Of a stretch of DNA of 64,000 nucleotides, positions 1 to 23,592 are shown one piece after another. Both the position numbers and the translations under genes were made by a program. This stretch comes from Macrostomum lignano (Eukaryota). The notes beneath the pieces are model-generated. The model did not search any database and had not been told where the DNA came from. It saw nothing but the letters and a program-made list of their open reading frames with translations. The stretch spans positions 186,001 through 250,000 of the forward strand of contig NIVC01001167.1 in NCBI GenBank assembly GCA_002269645.1. Direction: 5' to 3'. Position 1 is the first letter of the stretch. Every line of letters begins with the position of its first letter.

Positions 1-466
1 ACATTCATCCAGCTAACGAAAGTCCGTTCAAAGCGGACTAAAAACATTCTGTAAGTCCTGTTTTAACATTTGATATATGGCACTTTTGAGCAGCATTCTT
101 TTTTTAAGTGATTTGAGATATTTGGTCTAAAATGTCTCAAGGTTAGAATTCCGTAGTGTTAAATAATACTTTAATAACTAAAATATATTAACCAAGGACA
201 ATTAAAGCAACGTAATATACAGGACTTGACACTCGAAATCTATGGAAAATGTTTTGAAGGCCACTTTTCGCCGAAAATGCACTACCGGAGGTAACAAGTT
301 TTCATTTTTCAGCACAAAAACTGTTATTGCTTTCGATAGGAGGCGAATCCAGTGTTCATATTTTGATATGATGTGCCTTTCTTATTGCTTTATTGATATT
401 CATAAAGCTTTTCGTTCCGAAAATTAAGATTCAATGTTAATTTTTGATTCTACGGACATTCCGAAG

Positions 467-601
467 GTCGGAGGAACTCTGGGGCTCTGGCTGGGAATCA
501 GCGTTGTCAGCACCTTCGAGCTGCTCGAGTATTTCTACATTCTGGCGCAGCGATGTCGCGTCGGAACCACCGGCTCGGAGTCCGAGGGTTCTCCAGACTG
601 A
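467..601 (+). CDS. Terminal coding exon of a DEG/ENaC/ASIC-family sodium channel (TM2 and C-terminus); gene begins upstream of the window
   Basis: After AG at 465-466 the frame reads VGGTLGLWLGISVVSTFELLEYFYILAQRCRVGTTGSESEGSPD* (TGA 599-601). GGxLGLxxGxS is the DEG/ENaC TM2/selectivity-filter signature. This frame is not in the supplied track. An upstream exon probably ends at 50 (GTAAGT at 51), but the junction was not resolved. Confidence 0.8.
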   Translation, partial: VGGTLGLWLGISVVSTFELLEYFYILAQRCRVGTTGSESEGSPD

Positions 602-1309
602 AGCAGAAATTGTCCGTTTCTATGGCAACTGTGAAGCCCCTCAAACACTTGCTGGTGACCAATGTTTAAACATTTAAAACGGTCACCAATCTCAGAACCA
701 TTTCATTTGTTTGAAAGCTTGCCTTTGAAAAAATTTAGCAAGCCTTCGATAGCAGAGATGCATACAAAAGAAATCTGTGTTTGACTTTTTAGTCTGTCTA
801 TTCGAAGACTTCAATGCCTACGAAGTTTTGATGATTTGTTTTATTTTCAGCATTTTTCTGCTTGAATATATTCTTTTTTGCTTGTATCTTTTTTCAGTTG
901 AAATTGTCTAAAAACACAACAATTCATTTTAACAAAGTCGGCATTCATTGTTAACAAAAACTAGAAGGATGTTTTACACTTGGCCACTTGTTTAAAACCA
1001 GAGAATTAAAACAAAATTGAATGATATGACAGACAGATAACAGACGGACATGCGAGTATAGATACTCCTACATGTAGTTTTCAACAGTTATTTTCTGGTT
1101 GAGTAGCCACTTGTATAAATAGCTTGTCCTGTCCGAATTACCCAAAAAGCAAGGGACGAAAACTATTCACGTGAATCCTATTTGCCTTGCCATCTCAGCA
1201 ATTCTCCACAAGCGTTGATATCTCAAACCCCCCTGTAAGTCTTGACATCTCAGCAATTCCCCTAGCAAGCAGCCCTCAAAAAGCAAGCACCGCCTAGATT
1301 AGCATGTAG

Positions 1310-2427
1310 CTAGTGCAACAATTTCCTTATCTAGTGCAATAATCCATGTCTCAGCTAGTGCAATAATCCATGTCTTATCTAGTGCAATAATCCATGTCTT
1401 ATCTAGTGCAATAATCCATGTCTTATCTAGTGCAATAATCCATGTCTTATCTAGTGCAATAATCCATGTCTCAGCTAGTGCAATAATCCATGTCTTATCT
1501 AGTGCAATAATCCATGTCTTATCTAGTGCAATAATCCATGTCTTATCTAGTGCAATAATCCATGTCTTATCTAGTGCAATAATCCATGTCTTATCTAGTG
1601 CAATAATCCATGTCTTATCTAGTGCAATAATCCATGTCTCAGCTAGTGCAATAATCCATGTCTTATCTAGTGCAATAATCCATGTCTCAGCTAGTGCAAT
1701 AATCCATGTCTTATCTAGTGCAATAATCCATGTCTTATCTAGTGCAATAATCCATGTCTTATCTAGTGCAATAATCCATGTCTTATCTAGTGCAATAATC
1801 CATGTCTTATCTAGTGCAATAATCCATGTCTCAGCTAGTGCAATAATCCATGTCTCAGCTAGTGCAATAATCCATGTCTTATCTAGTGCAATAATCCATG
1901 TCTTATCTAGTGCAATAATCCATGTCTCAGCTAGTGCAATAATCCATGTCTCAGCTAGTGCAATAATCCATGTCTTATCTAGTGCAATAATCCATGTCTT
2001 ATCTGATGCAATAATCCATGTCTTATCTAGTGCAATAATCCATGTCTTATCTAGTGCAATAATCCATGTCTTATCTAGTGCAATAATCCATGTCTTATCT
2101 GATGCAATAATCCATGTTTTATCTAGTGCAATAATCCATGTCTTATCTAGTGCAATAATCCATGTCTTATCTAGTGCAATAATCCATGTCTTATCTAGTG
2201 CAATAAGCCATGTCTTATCTGATGCAATAATCCATGTTTTATCTAGTGCAATAATCCATGTTTTATCTAGTGCAATAATCCATGTCTTATCTAGTGCTAT
2301 AATCCATGTCTTATCTAGTGCAATAATCCATGTCTTATCTAGTGCAATAATCCATGTCTTATCTAGTGCAATAATCCATGTCTCAGCTAACGCAATATTT
2401 CATGTCTTATCTAGTGCAATAATCCTG
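1310..2427. repeat. 24-bp minisatellite (CTAGTGCAATAATCCATGTCTTAT)n, ~45 copies, intergenic
   Basis: Direct reading; recurrent TCTCAG and TCTGAT variants. Confidence 0.97.
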
Positions 2428-2463
2428 TTGTGATCCCATGTATTGGCATGTACTGTACGTTAG

Positions 2464-2465
<2 letters not shown>

Positions 2466-2522
<57 letters not shown>
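2466..2522. repeat. (CT)n microsatellite
   Basis: Direct reading. Confidence 0.97.
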
Positions 2523-2528
<6 letters not shown>

Positions 2529-3048
2529 CCTCTCATTGGCTGTCTCTCCCCTGTCATCTGTCACCCCTAGTTTTCTAACCCCATTGGGTGTCAGCGTGGC
2601 ACCAATCCCCTCTCTCCCTCAGCTACACCCCGCCGTTTCTCTTACCCTGCAACTTTAACTCCACCCCATTTTGTGCTGACTTGTATTTATTGGCGTGCGC
2701 GCCACCCTCCCGTCTCCCGCTGCCCGTTACGTCTTTGCTTCTCTTCTTCCTATCCCCTTCGCTCCTGCCACTTGGGTAGCTTTGGAGCCCTCTTGTTGTA
2801 GCTTTGATGCCATCGATTCCGGTACCCCAACTCAGAGCCACGCTCCTGTCTGCGCCAAGATTCTTTGTCGACCAAGACTTATTATACGAGCATGCAATCG
2901 AATTGAATGCGAGCGAAAATATTTATTTAATGAAGCAATTTAAACATGCTGCAAAGACGGAGATGCTTGAAACAAAAAATCAAGGATATTCACCAAAACA
3001 GACGATTTGAAAAATAACTGTTATTTGACGCACTGGCTTCATCAATGC

Positions 3049-6823
<3,775 letters not shown>

Positions 6824-7047
6824 GGTTGGATCAGTGAACTCAGAAGTTCTTAATGAAACAGCTTTACACCTTGGCTGCAGCTGTTGAGCAGAGAGATAAA
6901 TACGCTTGCAACGATCGAGCGCTCAGTTTCATTTGCAGTCTGTGGCCCAACTGGCTGGGAAATACACGACTGTAGCATGCGCTCTGATTGCTATGGCTAA
7001 GTACACCCAATATTGCTCATGAACTACATGTGCATGTCTCAGTGTCT

Positions 7048-7273
7048 GATAGATAGATATATAGAAAAAAGGATAGATAGAAAGATATATTAGATAGATA
7101 GATAGATAGACAAATAGATAGATAGATAGATAGATAGACAGATATATAGACAAATAGATTTATAGATAGACAGATAGATAGACAGATAGATAGACAGATA
7201 GACAGATAGATAGATAGACAGATAGATAGATAGACAGATAGACAGATATAGATAGACATATATATAGATAGAC

Positions 7274-7312
<39 letters not shown>

Positions 7313-7313
7313 C

Positions 7314-7360
<47 letters not shown>

Positions 7361-7678
7361 CAGATAGATAGATAGATAGATAGATAGACAGATAGATAGA
7401 TAGATAGATAGACAGATAGACAGATATATAGATAGACAGATAGATAGATAGATAGATAGATAGACAGATAGATAGATAGATAGATAGATAGACAGATAGA
7501 TAGATAGATAGATAGATAGACAGATAGATAGATAGATAGATAGACAGATAGATAGACATCTACTTGCTGACTTGAGCGCAAGTCATATATCTGTCTATCT
7601 ATATATAGATAGACAGATAGATAGATAGATAGATAGATAGACAGATATATAGATAGACAGATAGATAGATAGATGGAC

Positions 7679-7725
<47 letters not shown>

Positions 7726-7790
7726 CAGATAGATGGACAGATAGATAGATAGATAGATAGATAGATATACAGATAGATAGATAGATGGAC

Positions 7791-7826
<36 letters not shown>

Positions 7827-7845
7827 GATAGATAGATAGATGGAC

Positions 7846-7892
<47 letters not shown>

Positions 7893-7909
7893 CAGATATA
7901 TAGATAGAC

Positions 7910-7940
<31 letters not shown>

Positions 7941-8030
7941 CAGATATATAGATAGATAGATAGATAGACAGATATATAGATAGATAGATAGATAGACAGA
8001 TAGAAGACAGATACATAAACAAAGAAAGCA
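7048..8030. repeat. (GATA)n/(GACA)n microsatellite between CK1 and PP1-like
   Basis: Direct reading; source of the spurious SIYL-repeat ORFs. Confidence 0.98.
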
Positions 8031-8704
8031 TAGACAGACGAGTCTTGAAGTCTTGGGATCGAATCTCCGTCTTGTCAAGCTCCAGTCAAGCAAAGCAGAC
8101 AAACCAGAACTGACGAAGGCGGCTTCATAGGCAGCAAATAGCAAATTTTCAGAGCAAATATGAATTGCTTTAACCCAGGCAGTTGCTCTTTATAGTCTTG
8201 CTAAAGATTATATTCTATAAAAATATATTTGGTACTCGTACAACATGAACAATAAAAAACTAATCAATAGTTTATATCAATAAAAATTATCTCCATAAAA
8301 TAAATTATTCGCAATCGTAACTACCTGCCGTAGTACTCGTAGTATCATATTTTAATAACGGCATATGGAAGATCATAATCAGGTGTTAACCATCAATAAA
8401 AATATCTATTCGCAATAAAATTATATATGGAAGCAATAAATCTTGGAAGTCAGACATCTACTAAAATAAGTCAGGTACTTAAATATAGGCTCAATTTGCT
8501 AATCGCTGAATAACAGTAGTAAACAATGCGTTTTTTCTTGACGCGCAACTAGGAACTGAAAAAATCAACATTGGAATTGGATAATTTGGAATAGTTAGAA
8601 AAATTGAGAAATTTGTGAATGGTGAAAGTTGGTAAATTAAGAAAAAATGGTTGAAGGGAAAATGCGTGAATAGGGAAAATAGGGAAATATTCCGTGAACT
8701 TAGG

Positions 8705-9553
8705 AAGTATCTGTGAATGAGGGAAAGAACCTGTGAACAGGGAAGAATAATTTGTGAATGGGGGAAGAATTGGTGAACAGGGGAAGAATCTGTGAATGGG
8801 GGGAAGAATCTGTGAATGAGGGGGGAAGAATCTGTGAACGGGGGGTAAGAAACTGAATGGGGGGTAAGTATCTGTGAATGGGGGGGGTTAAGAATCAGTG
8901 AATGGGGGTAAGAATAAGAATCTGTGAATGGGGGGTAAGAATAAGAATCTGTGAATGGGGGGGTGAGTATCTGTGAATGGGGGTAAGAATCTGTGAATGG
9001 GGGGTAAGAATCTGTGAATGGGGGGTAAGAATCTGTGAATGGGGGTAAGAATAAGAATCTGTGAATGGGGGGTGAGTATCTGTGAATGGGGGGTAAGAAT
9101 CTGTGAATGGGGGGGGTAAGAATCTGTGAATGGGGGGTAAGAATCTGTGAATGGGGGTAAGAATCTGTGAATAGGGGTAAGAATAAGAATCTGTGAATGG
9201 GGGGTGAGTATCTGTGAATGGGGGGGTAAGAATCTGTGAATGGGGGGGTAAGAATCTGTGAATGGGGGGTAAGAATCTGTGAATGGGGGTAAGAATCTGT
9301 GAATAGGGGAATAATTGGTGAACAGGGGGAGAATCCGTGAACAGGGGAAGAATCGGTGACCAGGGGAAGAATCGGTGACCAGGGGAAGAATCGGTGAACA
9401 GGGGAAGAATCGGTGAACAGGGGAAGAATCGGTGAACAGGGGAAGAATCGGTGACCAGGGGAAGAATCGGTGAACAGGGGAAGAATCGGTGAACAGGGGA
9501 AGAATCGGTGAACAGGGGAAGAATCGGTGACCAGGGGAAGAATCGGTGAATGG
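8705..9553. repeat. Two-part G-rich minisatellite (GAATCTGTGAATGGGGGTAA then GAATCGGTGAACAGGGGAA), downstream of CK1
   Basis: Direct reading; 19-21 bp units. Confidence 0.95.
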
Positions 9554-9664
9554 AGATACCGAATGTGAACCGACAATCCAAAACAACAGCATGAGAAAAT
9601 CAAGACAGATAGGTCAGTTATATCGGAGAGCTGACTACAAAATCCCCCAGCATCAGGGAGCAGT

Positions 9665-10452
9665 TCACTGCTGCTGCATCACAGGCTGCTGAGGCGGCTG
9701 TGAGCAGATCTGATTGCGCAACACAATCCAATCGAAGGCCCAATCAAACTGGTAGCCCAGCTGACGCATGGCAATGCGCAACAATTGGCGCAGATAAGCG
9801 TAATCCGGAGCCTCGTCAAAGTGCAAACTGCGACAATAATTGATGAGCATAGCCAGTTCCGAGCAGGGAAAGCCCTGGCATAGGGACTCAACGCTGGTCT
9901 GCATTTTGCATTCGCTAATCCGCTCGTATTTCTGACGCTTATTATTGGCTTTGAGACCCTGCCAGGGCAGCTGGGAGCTCAGGAAATAGGCCAGGCAGTA
10001 GCCAAGGCTCTCCAGATCGTCTCGACGAGACTGCTCAAGACCCAGGTGCGCGTTCACCGAGGCGTACCGGGCAGTGCCCGTCAGGTGCCTGCGGGGGATG
10101 GATTGAGCTGTGATTCCTGGCTTTGGCTGTGTCCAAACTCACCTGTCTCTCACTAATCTCACCTGTCTCTCACTAATCTCACCTTTCTCTCACTAATCTC
10201 ACCCGTCTCTCTCTCACCTGTCTCTCTCACCTATCTCACCTGTCTCTCTTACCTATCTCACCTGTCTCTCTCACCTATCTCACCTGTCTCTCTCTTATCT
10301 CACCTGTCTCTCTCACCTATCTCACCTGTTTCTCACTAATCTCACCTGTCTCTCACTAATCTCACCTGTCTCTCTCTTATCTCACCTGTCTCTCTCACTA
10401 ATCATACCTGTCTCTCTTACTTATCTTACCTGTCTCTCTCTCTCCAATCTCA

Positions 10453-10530
<78 letters not shown>

Positions 10531-10536
10531 GTCTCA

Positions 10537-10597
<61 letters not shown>

Positions 10598-12564
10598 AAT
10601 CACCCCTGTCTCTCTCACTTATCTCACCTGTCTCACTCTCCAGTCTCACCTGTCTCTCTCGCTCTCACTAATCACCCCTGTCTCTCTCACTTATCTCACC
10701 TGTCTCACTCTCCAGTCTCACCTGTCTCTCCCACTTATTTTAACTGTCTCTCACTTATGTACCGAGACACACTAAATCGCACTATCAGTTAGACAGACCC
10801 CAGGCGCACCTGTCCTCTCTATAGGGGATGTGCCGGCCTTTAAAGTCCAGGTACCGCTTGCACAAGCCGAAGTCAATCAGGTAAACAGTCTGCATGGCTG
10901 CCCCTTGGCCCATAGTGAAATTGTCGGGCTTGACATCCTGATGCACCCAGCCCTGACTATGCAGGTATTCCAGACGGGACAGCATCTGATCGGCAAGCAT
11001 CAGCACCTGTGGAGATGCAGGTATTCTGTCTGTAGCTACTTCTGAAGCAATATCTATTAGTAATTTAGGCATTTGAGATTTTTATGTATTTTCAGTTGGC
11101 TAGTACGTATAAAGCCACGGATTTCCCCTGAGGTTTGGAACTAGGGAACTGTGGAGTTTCTAGAATTTTTCAGCAGTTATTTTTAGAATCAGGTAACTCC
11201 CGCATTGTTAGAATTAGGGGATTTCCCGCATTGTTAGAATTAGGGGATTTCCCGCATTGTTAGAATTAGGGGATTTCCCGCATTGTTAGAATTAGGGGAT
11301 TTCCCGCATTGTTAGAATTAGGGGATTTCCCGCATTGTTAGAATCAGAGAATTCCCCAAATTGTTAGAATCAAGGAATTCCCAGTATTTATATAATCAGA
11401 GAATTCCCCGCATTGTTAGAATCAAGGAATTCTCAGTATTTATATAATCAGAGAATTCCCCGCATTGTTAGAATCAAGGAATTCCCAGTATTTATATAAT
11501 CAGAGAATTCCCCGCATTGTTAGAATCAAGGAATTCCCAGTATTTATAGAATCAGGGAATTCCCCGCGTTGTTAGAATCAAGGAATTCTCAGTATTTATA
11601 GAATCAGGGAATTCCCCGCGTTGTTAGAATCAAGGAATTCTCAGTATTTATAGAATCAGGGAATTCCCCGCGTTGTTAGAATCAAGCGATTCCCAGTATC
11701 TATAGAATCAGGGAATTCCCCGCGTTGTTAGAATCAAGGAATTCCAAGTATTTATATAATCAGAGAATTCCCGCATTGTTAGAATCAAGGAATTCCAAGT
11801 ATTTATATAATCAGAGAATTCCCCGCATTGTTAGAATCAAGGAATTCCCAGTATTTATAGAATCAGAGAATTCCCCGCATTGTTAGAATCAAGAAATTCT
11901 CAGTATTTATATAATCAGGGAATTCCCCGCGTTGTTAGAATCAAGGAATTCCCAGTATTTATAGAATCAGAGAATTCCTCGCGTTGTTAGAATCAAGGAA
12001 TTACCAGTATTTATAGAATCAGAGAATTCCCCGCATTGTTAGAATCAAGAAATTCCCAGTATTTATAGAATCAGGGAATTCCCCGCATTGTTAGAATCAA
12101 GGAATTCCCAGTATTTATAGAATCAGGGAATTCCCAGTATTTTTTAAACAAGGGAGTTCCCAGAAAAACGGGGATTTTCCAGAATTTCTATCGAGTTAGG
12201 ATTTCCTCACAGTTTTCACGCTGAACCGACGGGAGCAGAAGTTGAACAGCTCCTCAAGAGACGGTCCCAGCAGCTCCATCACCAGCACATTGTGTCGCAG
12301 CTCCTTGGCAAAATGCATCACCTTGGCAACTCCGGGAGAGCCAACAGTGCCAGTTTTATTCAACAGCTGGTACAGCTTGAACTCCGCCTCCAACTGGGGG
12401 TGCCTGGCAGTCACGGGTTCGAGTTTCACCGCCACCGGTTCCCCAGAGACACAGTTGACGCCCAGGTAAATATCCCCAAAGCTGCCAGAACCAATCTGCT
12501 TCATCAGTCGCCAGCGAGAGCCACTGCTGCCACCCTCGCTGCCTCCGCCAACGTAGTACTCCAT
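9665..12564 (-). CDS. CSNK1A1-like: Casein kinase 1 family kinase (alpha-like), 3 exons, 324 aa
   Basis: Exons 12564-12211, 11006-10810 and 10088-9665 have GT-AG borders and matching phases (0, 2). Motifs [62 protein letters not shown] and [11 protein letters not shown]. Confidence 0.93.
10138..10760. repeat. CT-rich array with repeated CTCACCTGT plus (CT)n, CK1 intron 2
   Basis: Direct reading; the sense strand reads ACAGGTGAG repeatedly. Confidence 0.95.
11200..12180. repeat. 26-bp monomer grading into a 52-bp dimer minisatellite, CK1 intron 1
   Basis: CATTGTTAGAATTAGGGGATTTCCCG, then alternating CATTGTTAGAATCAAGGAATTCCCAG / TATTTATAGAATCAGGGAATTCCCCG. Confidence 0.95.
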
Positions 12565-12744
12565 TCAGCTATGAATCTGATATCAACACAAACAAATTCA
12601 ATTAATTGACATTAGAAATGCACATCAAAGCAGTTGGCGACAAGTGGGCAGCATGAAAGCATTGTGCAAGTTTTTGTGCAATGTCAACTATATGGTAAAG
12701 ACGAATATTGGAGCCATGAACAGGTTTATAGCTTAGAGAAAATT

Positions 12745-13225
12745 TATGGATTTGGACTGCCAGTTTATGGAAATCTGGGGTGCCAGTTTATGGAAATCTG
12801 AGGTGCCAGTTTATGGAAATCTGGATGGCCAGTTTATGGAAATCTGGGGTGCTAGTTTATGGAAATCTGGGGTGCCAGTTTATGGAAATCTGAGGTGCCA
12901 GTTTATGGAATCTGAGGTGCTAGTTTATGGAAATCTGGGGTGCCAGTTTATGGAAATCTGAGGTGCCAGTTTATGGAAATCTGGATGGCCAGTTTATGGA
13001 AATCTGGGGTGCCAGTTTATGGAAATCTGGGGTGCCAGTTTATGGAATCTGAGGTGCCAGTTTATGGAAATCTGGGGTGCCAGTTTATGGAAATCTGAGG
13101 TGCCAGTTTATGGAAATCTGGGGTGCCAGTTTATGGAATCTGGGGTGCCAGTTTATGGAATCTGAGGTGCCAGTTTATGGAATCTGAGGTGCCAGTTTAT
13201 GGAATCTGAGGTGTCAGTTTATATA
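12745..13225. repeat. 22-23 bp minisatellite (GTGCCAGTTTATGGAAATCTGRG)n upstream of CK1
   Basis: Direct reading. Confidence 0.95.
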
Positions 13226-13429
13226 GGAATCTAAAAATAGGAGAGAAGTTCACGAACAGCAAGTTTATAAATCCAATTAAATATTTATTTGCAGCCACAT
13301 AAAGTAGTCACTCCAGTACAAAATAGTGCAATGGAAAATCATCATTATAAAATCATCTAAACGGCAAATAAATCTCAGACAAAAATATAAAAAAAATTGC
13401 CTTCAGTAAAAAACGTTTTAATAGAAAAT

Positions 13430-14098
13430 TCTATCCACCAAAGAATCTGTCCACCAGAGAATCTGTCCAACAAAGAATCTGTCCACCAAAGAATCTGTCC
13501 ACCAGAGAATCTGTCCACCAAAGAATCTGTCCACCAAAGAATCTGTCCACCAGAGAATCTGTCCACCAAAGAATCTGTCCACCAAAGAATCTGTCCACCA
13601 GAGAATCTGTCCACCAAAGAATCTGTCCACCAAAGAATCTGTCCACCAGAGAATCTGTCCACCAAAGAATCTGTCCACCAAAGAATCTGTCCACCAGAGA
13701 ATCTGTCCACCAAAGAATCTGTCCACCAGAGAATCTGTCCACCAAAGAATCTGTCCACCAGAGAATCTGTCCACCAAAGAATCTGTCCACCAAAGAATCT
13801 GTCCACCAGAGAATCTGTCCACCAAAGAATCTGTCCACCAAAGAATCTGTCCACCAAAGAATCTGTCCACCAAAGAATCTGTCCACCAGAGAATCTGTCC
13901 ACCAAAGAATCTGTCCACCAAAGAATCTGTCCACCAAAGAATCTGTCCACCAGAGAATCTGTCCACCAAAGAATCTGTCCACCAAAGAATCTGTCCACCA
14001 GAGAATCTGTCCACCAAAGAATCTGTCCACCAGAGAATCTGTCCACCAAAGAATCTGTCCACCAAAGAATCTGTCCACCAAAGAATCTGTCCACCAGA
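13430..14098. repeat. 16-bp minisatellite (GAATCTGTCCACCARA)n
   Basis: Direct reading; gives 16-aa periodic ORFs in several frames. Confidence 0.97.
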
Positions 14099-14214
14099 CG
14101 CGAAACAGTGGGTGACATTAATTTACTCCCGAAGTCACTTACGAGCTCGTATTCAATTACTCAGTAACTCAGTCCCTAACTAAGTGACTCATTCAATCAG
14201 TCTCTTATTCGCTC

Positions 14215-15050
14215 ATTCAATCAGGCACTCATTCACTCATTGAGTCAGTCACTCATTTGCTCATTAACTCATTGAATTAGTCACTCATTAACTCACTGAA
14301 TCAGTCACTCATTTGCTCATTAACTCACTGAATCAGTCACTCATTTGCTCATTAACTCACTGAATCAGTCACTCATTTGCTCATTAACTCACTGAATCAG
14401 TCACTCATTTGCTCATTAACTCACTGAATCAGTCACTCATTAACTCATTGAATCAGTCACTCATTAACTCATTGAATCAGTCACTCATTAACTCATTGAA
14501 TCAGTCACTCATTTGCTCATTAACTCACTGAATCAGTCACTCATTTGCTCATTAACTCACTGAATCAGTCACTCATTTGCTCATTAACTCACTGAATCAG
14601 TCACTCATTTGCTCATTAACTCACTGAATCAGTCACTCATTTGCTCATTAACTCACTGAATCAGTCACTCATTTGCTCATTAACTCACTGAATCAGTCAC
14701 TCATTTGCTCATTAACTCACTGAATCAGTCACTCATTTGCTCATTAACTCACTGAATCAGTCACTCATTAACTCATTGAATCAGTCACTCATTAACTCAT
14801 TGAATCAGTCACTCATTAACTCATTGAATCAGTCACTCATTTGCTCATTAACTCATTGAATCAGTCACTCATTAACTCATCGAATCAGTCACTCATTCAC
14901 TCATTGAATCAGTCACTCATTAACTCATTGAATCAGTCACTCATTTGCTCATTAACTCATTGAATCAGTCACTCATTAACTCATCGAATCAGTCACTCAT
15001 TCACTCATTGAATCAGTCACTCATTCACTCATTCAATCCAGTCACTCATT
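14215..15050. repeat. 32/24-bp minisatellite (GAATCAGTCACTCATTTGCTCATTAACTCACT and a shorter variant)
   Basis: Direct reading. Confidence 0.95.
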
Positions 15051-15829
15051 GGCATTCACACAACTTACTGTCTGCAGAATAGATCACAAAATCTTTTGAC
15101 CGCTATAATGAAAACACGCTATACGAGTAGCTGTAAATAAACAGAGATTACACAATAAGTATAAAAGTACATAAATAAAATTTAAAGCCTATATAAAATT
15201 TAATATAATGGATAAGCAATCTGAACACAAGCGTACACTGATTAGATAGAAAATTACTAACAAGCGCAGCTCTCGGATTATAAGATAATCTTCAACAAAT
15301 CGTAATGAGGCAACACAAAGAACGCAAAAAACGAACTAACAATCGTTATAACAAACTCAGAATTATAGCACCAATTTAAATTTGTAGAAAAGAGGGAAAT
15401 TAAGTAATTATATAATGAAATATAAATTTTGTTTACATAAAACGTCAAAATTTTAAAAGTACATTAAAAACAAGAATCGCATTATTCTATACTATGTTAA
15501 CACAATAATAAATTAATTTTTATTATGGAACTTGCAGCAGGAATACATGCAAAATATTATTAAAAATTCTGTGCATTTTCTGAAAACAAAACGTAAAAAC
15601 GTGGACAAAATCATATTGGAATTAATTAAATTTGAGTCAGACAGCCAGTGCTTAGAATGATCAAAACACTCTTCACTTCACGATGTCTGACTCACTGTGG
15701 TTACGTAGTTGAGCTGCATTTTAAAAAATGAAGTGGCGGATGTTAAGAATCGATTGTTTGCAATGGAAAATAAGTCTCAGGATTAGCGCTGAATATTTGT
15801 CAGGATTAGCGCCAAATTAATGTGAGGAT

Positions 15830-16455
15830 TAGCACCCTAACATGTGTCAGGATTGGCGCCAAAATTTCAGAATTGGCGCCATAATATGCGTCAGGATTGG
15901 CGCCATTATGGATGTCAGGATTAGCGCCATTATGGATGTCAGGATTGGCGCCATTATGGATGTCAGGATTGGCGCCATTATGGATGTCAGGATTGGCGCC
16001 ATTATGGATGTCAGGATTAGCGCCATTATATATGTCAGGATTAGCGCCATTATATATGTCAGGATTAGCGCCATTATGGATGTCAGGATTAGCGCCATTA
16101 TATATGTCAGGATTAGCGCCATTATGGATGTCAGGATTGGCGCCATTATGGATGTCAGGATTAGCGCCATTATGGATGTCAGGATTGGCGCCATTATGGA
16201 TGTCAGGATTAGCGCCATTATGGATGTCAGGATTAGCGCCATTATGGATGTCAGGAATTGGCGCCATTATAGATGTCAGGATTGGCACCATTATAGATGT
16301 CAGGATAGGCGTCATAATAAGCGTCAGTATTGGTACCACAATGAATTTCAGGACTGGCGCCATAATGTCAGGATTGTAGCTAAAGTTGGTTCGCATAGGC
16401 GCTATAGTGAGTGTCAGGATTGGCGCCATAATGGGTGTCAGGATTAGCGCCAAAT
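15830..16455. repeat. 24-bp minisatellite (GCCATTATGGATGTCAGGATTRGC)n downstream of the lipase
   Basis: Direct reading; degenerate flanks. Confidence 0.95.
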
Positions 16456-16545
16456 TATAAATTGTATAAATCACTGATAAGCTAGTTAAAATGGAATATT
16501 TCAGGTCTTCATCAAATCAAATCTCATCATAAGCTGAGACAGCAC

Positions 16546-23288
<6,743 letters not shown>

Positions 23289-23314
23289 GGCCAACAGAAT
23301 ATTGGGCTCAATCG

Positions 23315-23340
23315 CTGAAAAAAATCGAAAGCATAAAAAT
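23315..23340 (-). promoter_or_regulatory. Strong U-rich splice acceptor 26 nt upstream of the lipase ATG (5' UTR intron or trans-splice site)
   Basis: The minus strand reads TTTTATGCTTTCGATTTTTTTTCAG|CGATTGAGCC...ATG. No obvious matching upstream donor was identified. Confidence 0.5.
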
Positions 23341-23364
23341 TAATGCAGAAACTTCAGCTTAGTC

Positions 23365-23592
23365 TCTGGATTTGATTGCCTATGGGTCTGTGCGGCCCCT
23401 GGATTTGATTGCCTATGGGCTGTGTGGCCCCTGGATTTAATTGCCTTTGGATCTGTGGCCCCTGGATTTAATTGCCTTAGGGTCTGTGACCCCTGGATTT
23501 AATTGCCTTAGGGTCTGTGACCCCTGGATTTAATTGCCTTAGGGTCTGTGGCCCTGCATTTAATTGCCTTTGGGTCTGTGGCCCCTGGATTT
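23365..23592. repeat. ~31-bp minisatellite (CCCCTGGATTTAATTGCCTTAGGGTCTGTGA)n between ATP13A1 and the lipase
   Basis: Direct reading, ~7 copies. Confidence 0.9.

Noticed and set aside
223-290. Possible middle exon of the DEG/ENaC gene
   Set aside because: Phases do not reconcile with the donor at 51 and the acceptor at 466; left unannotated.
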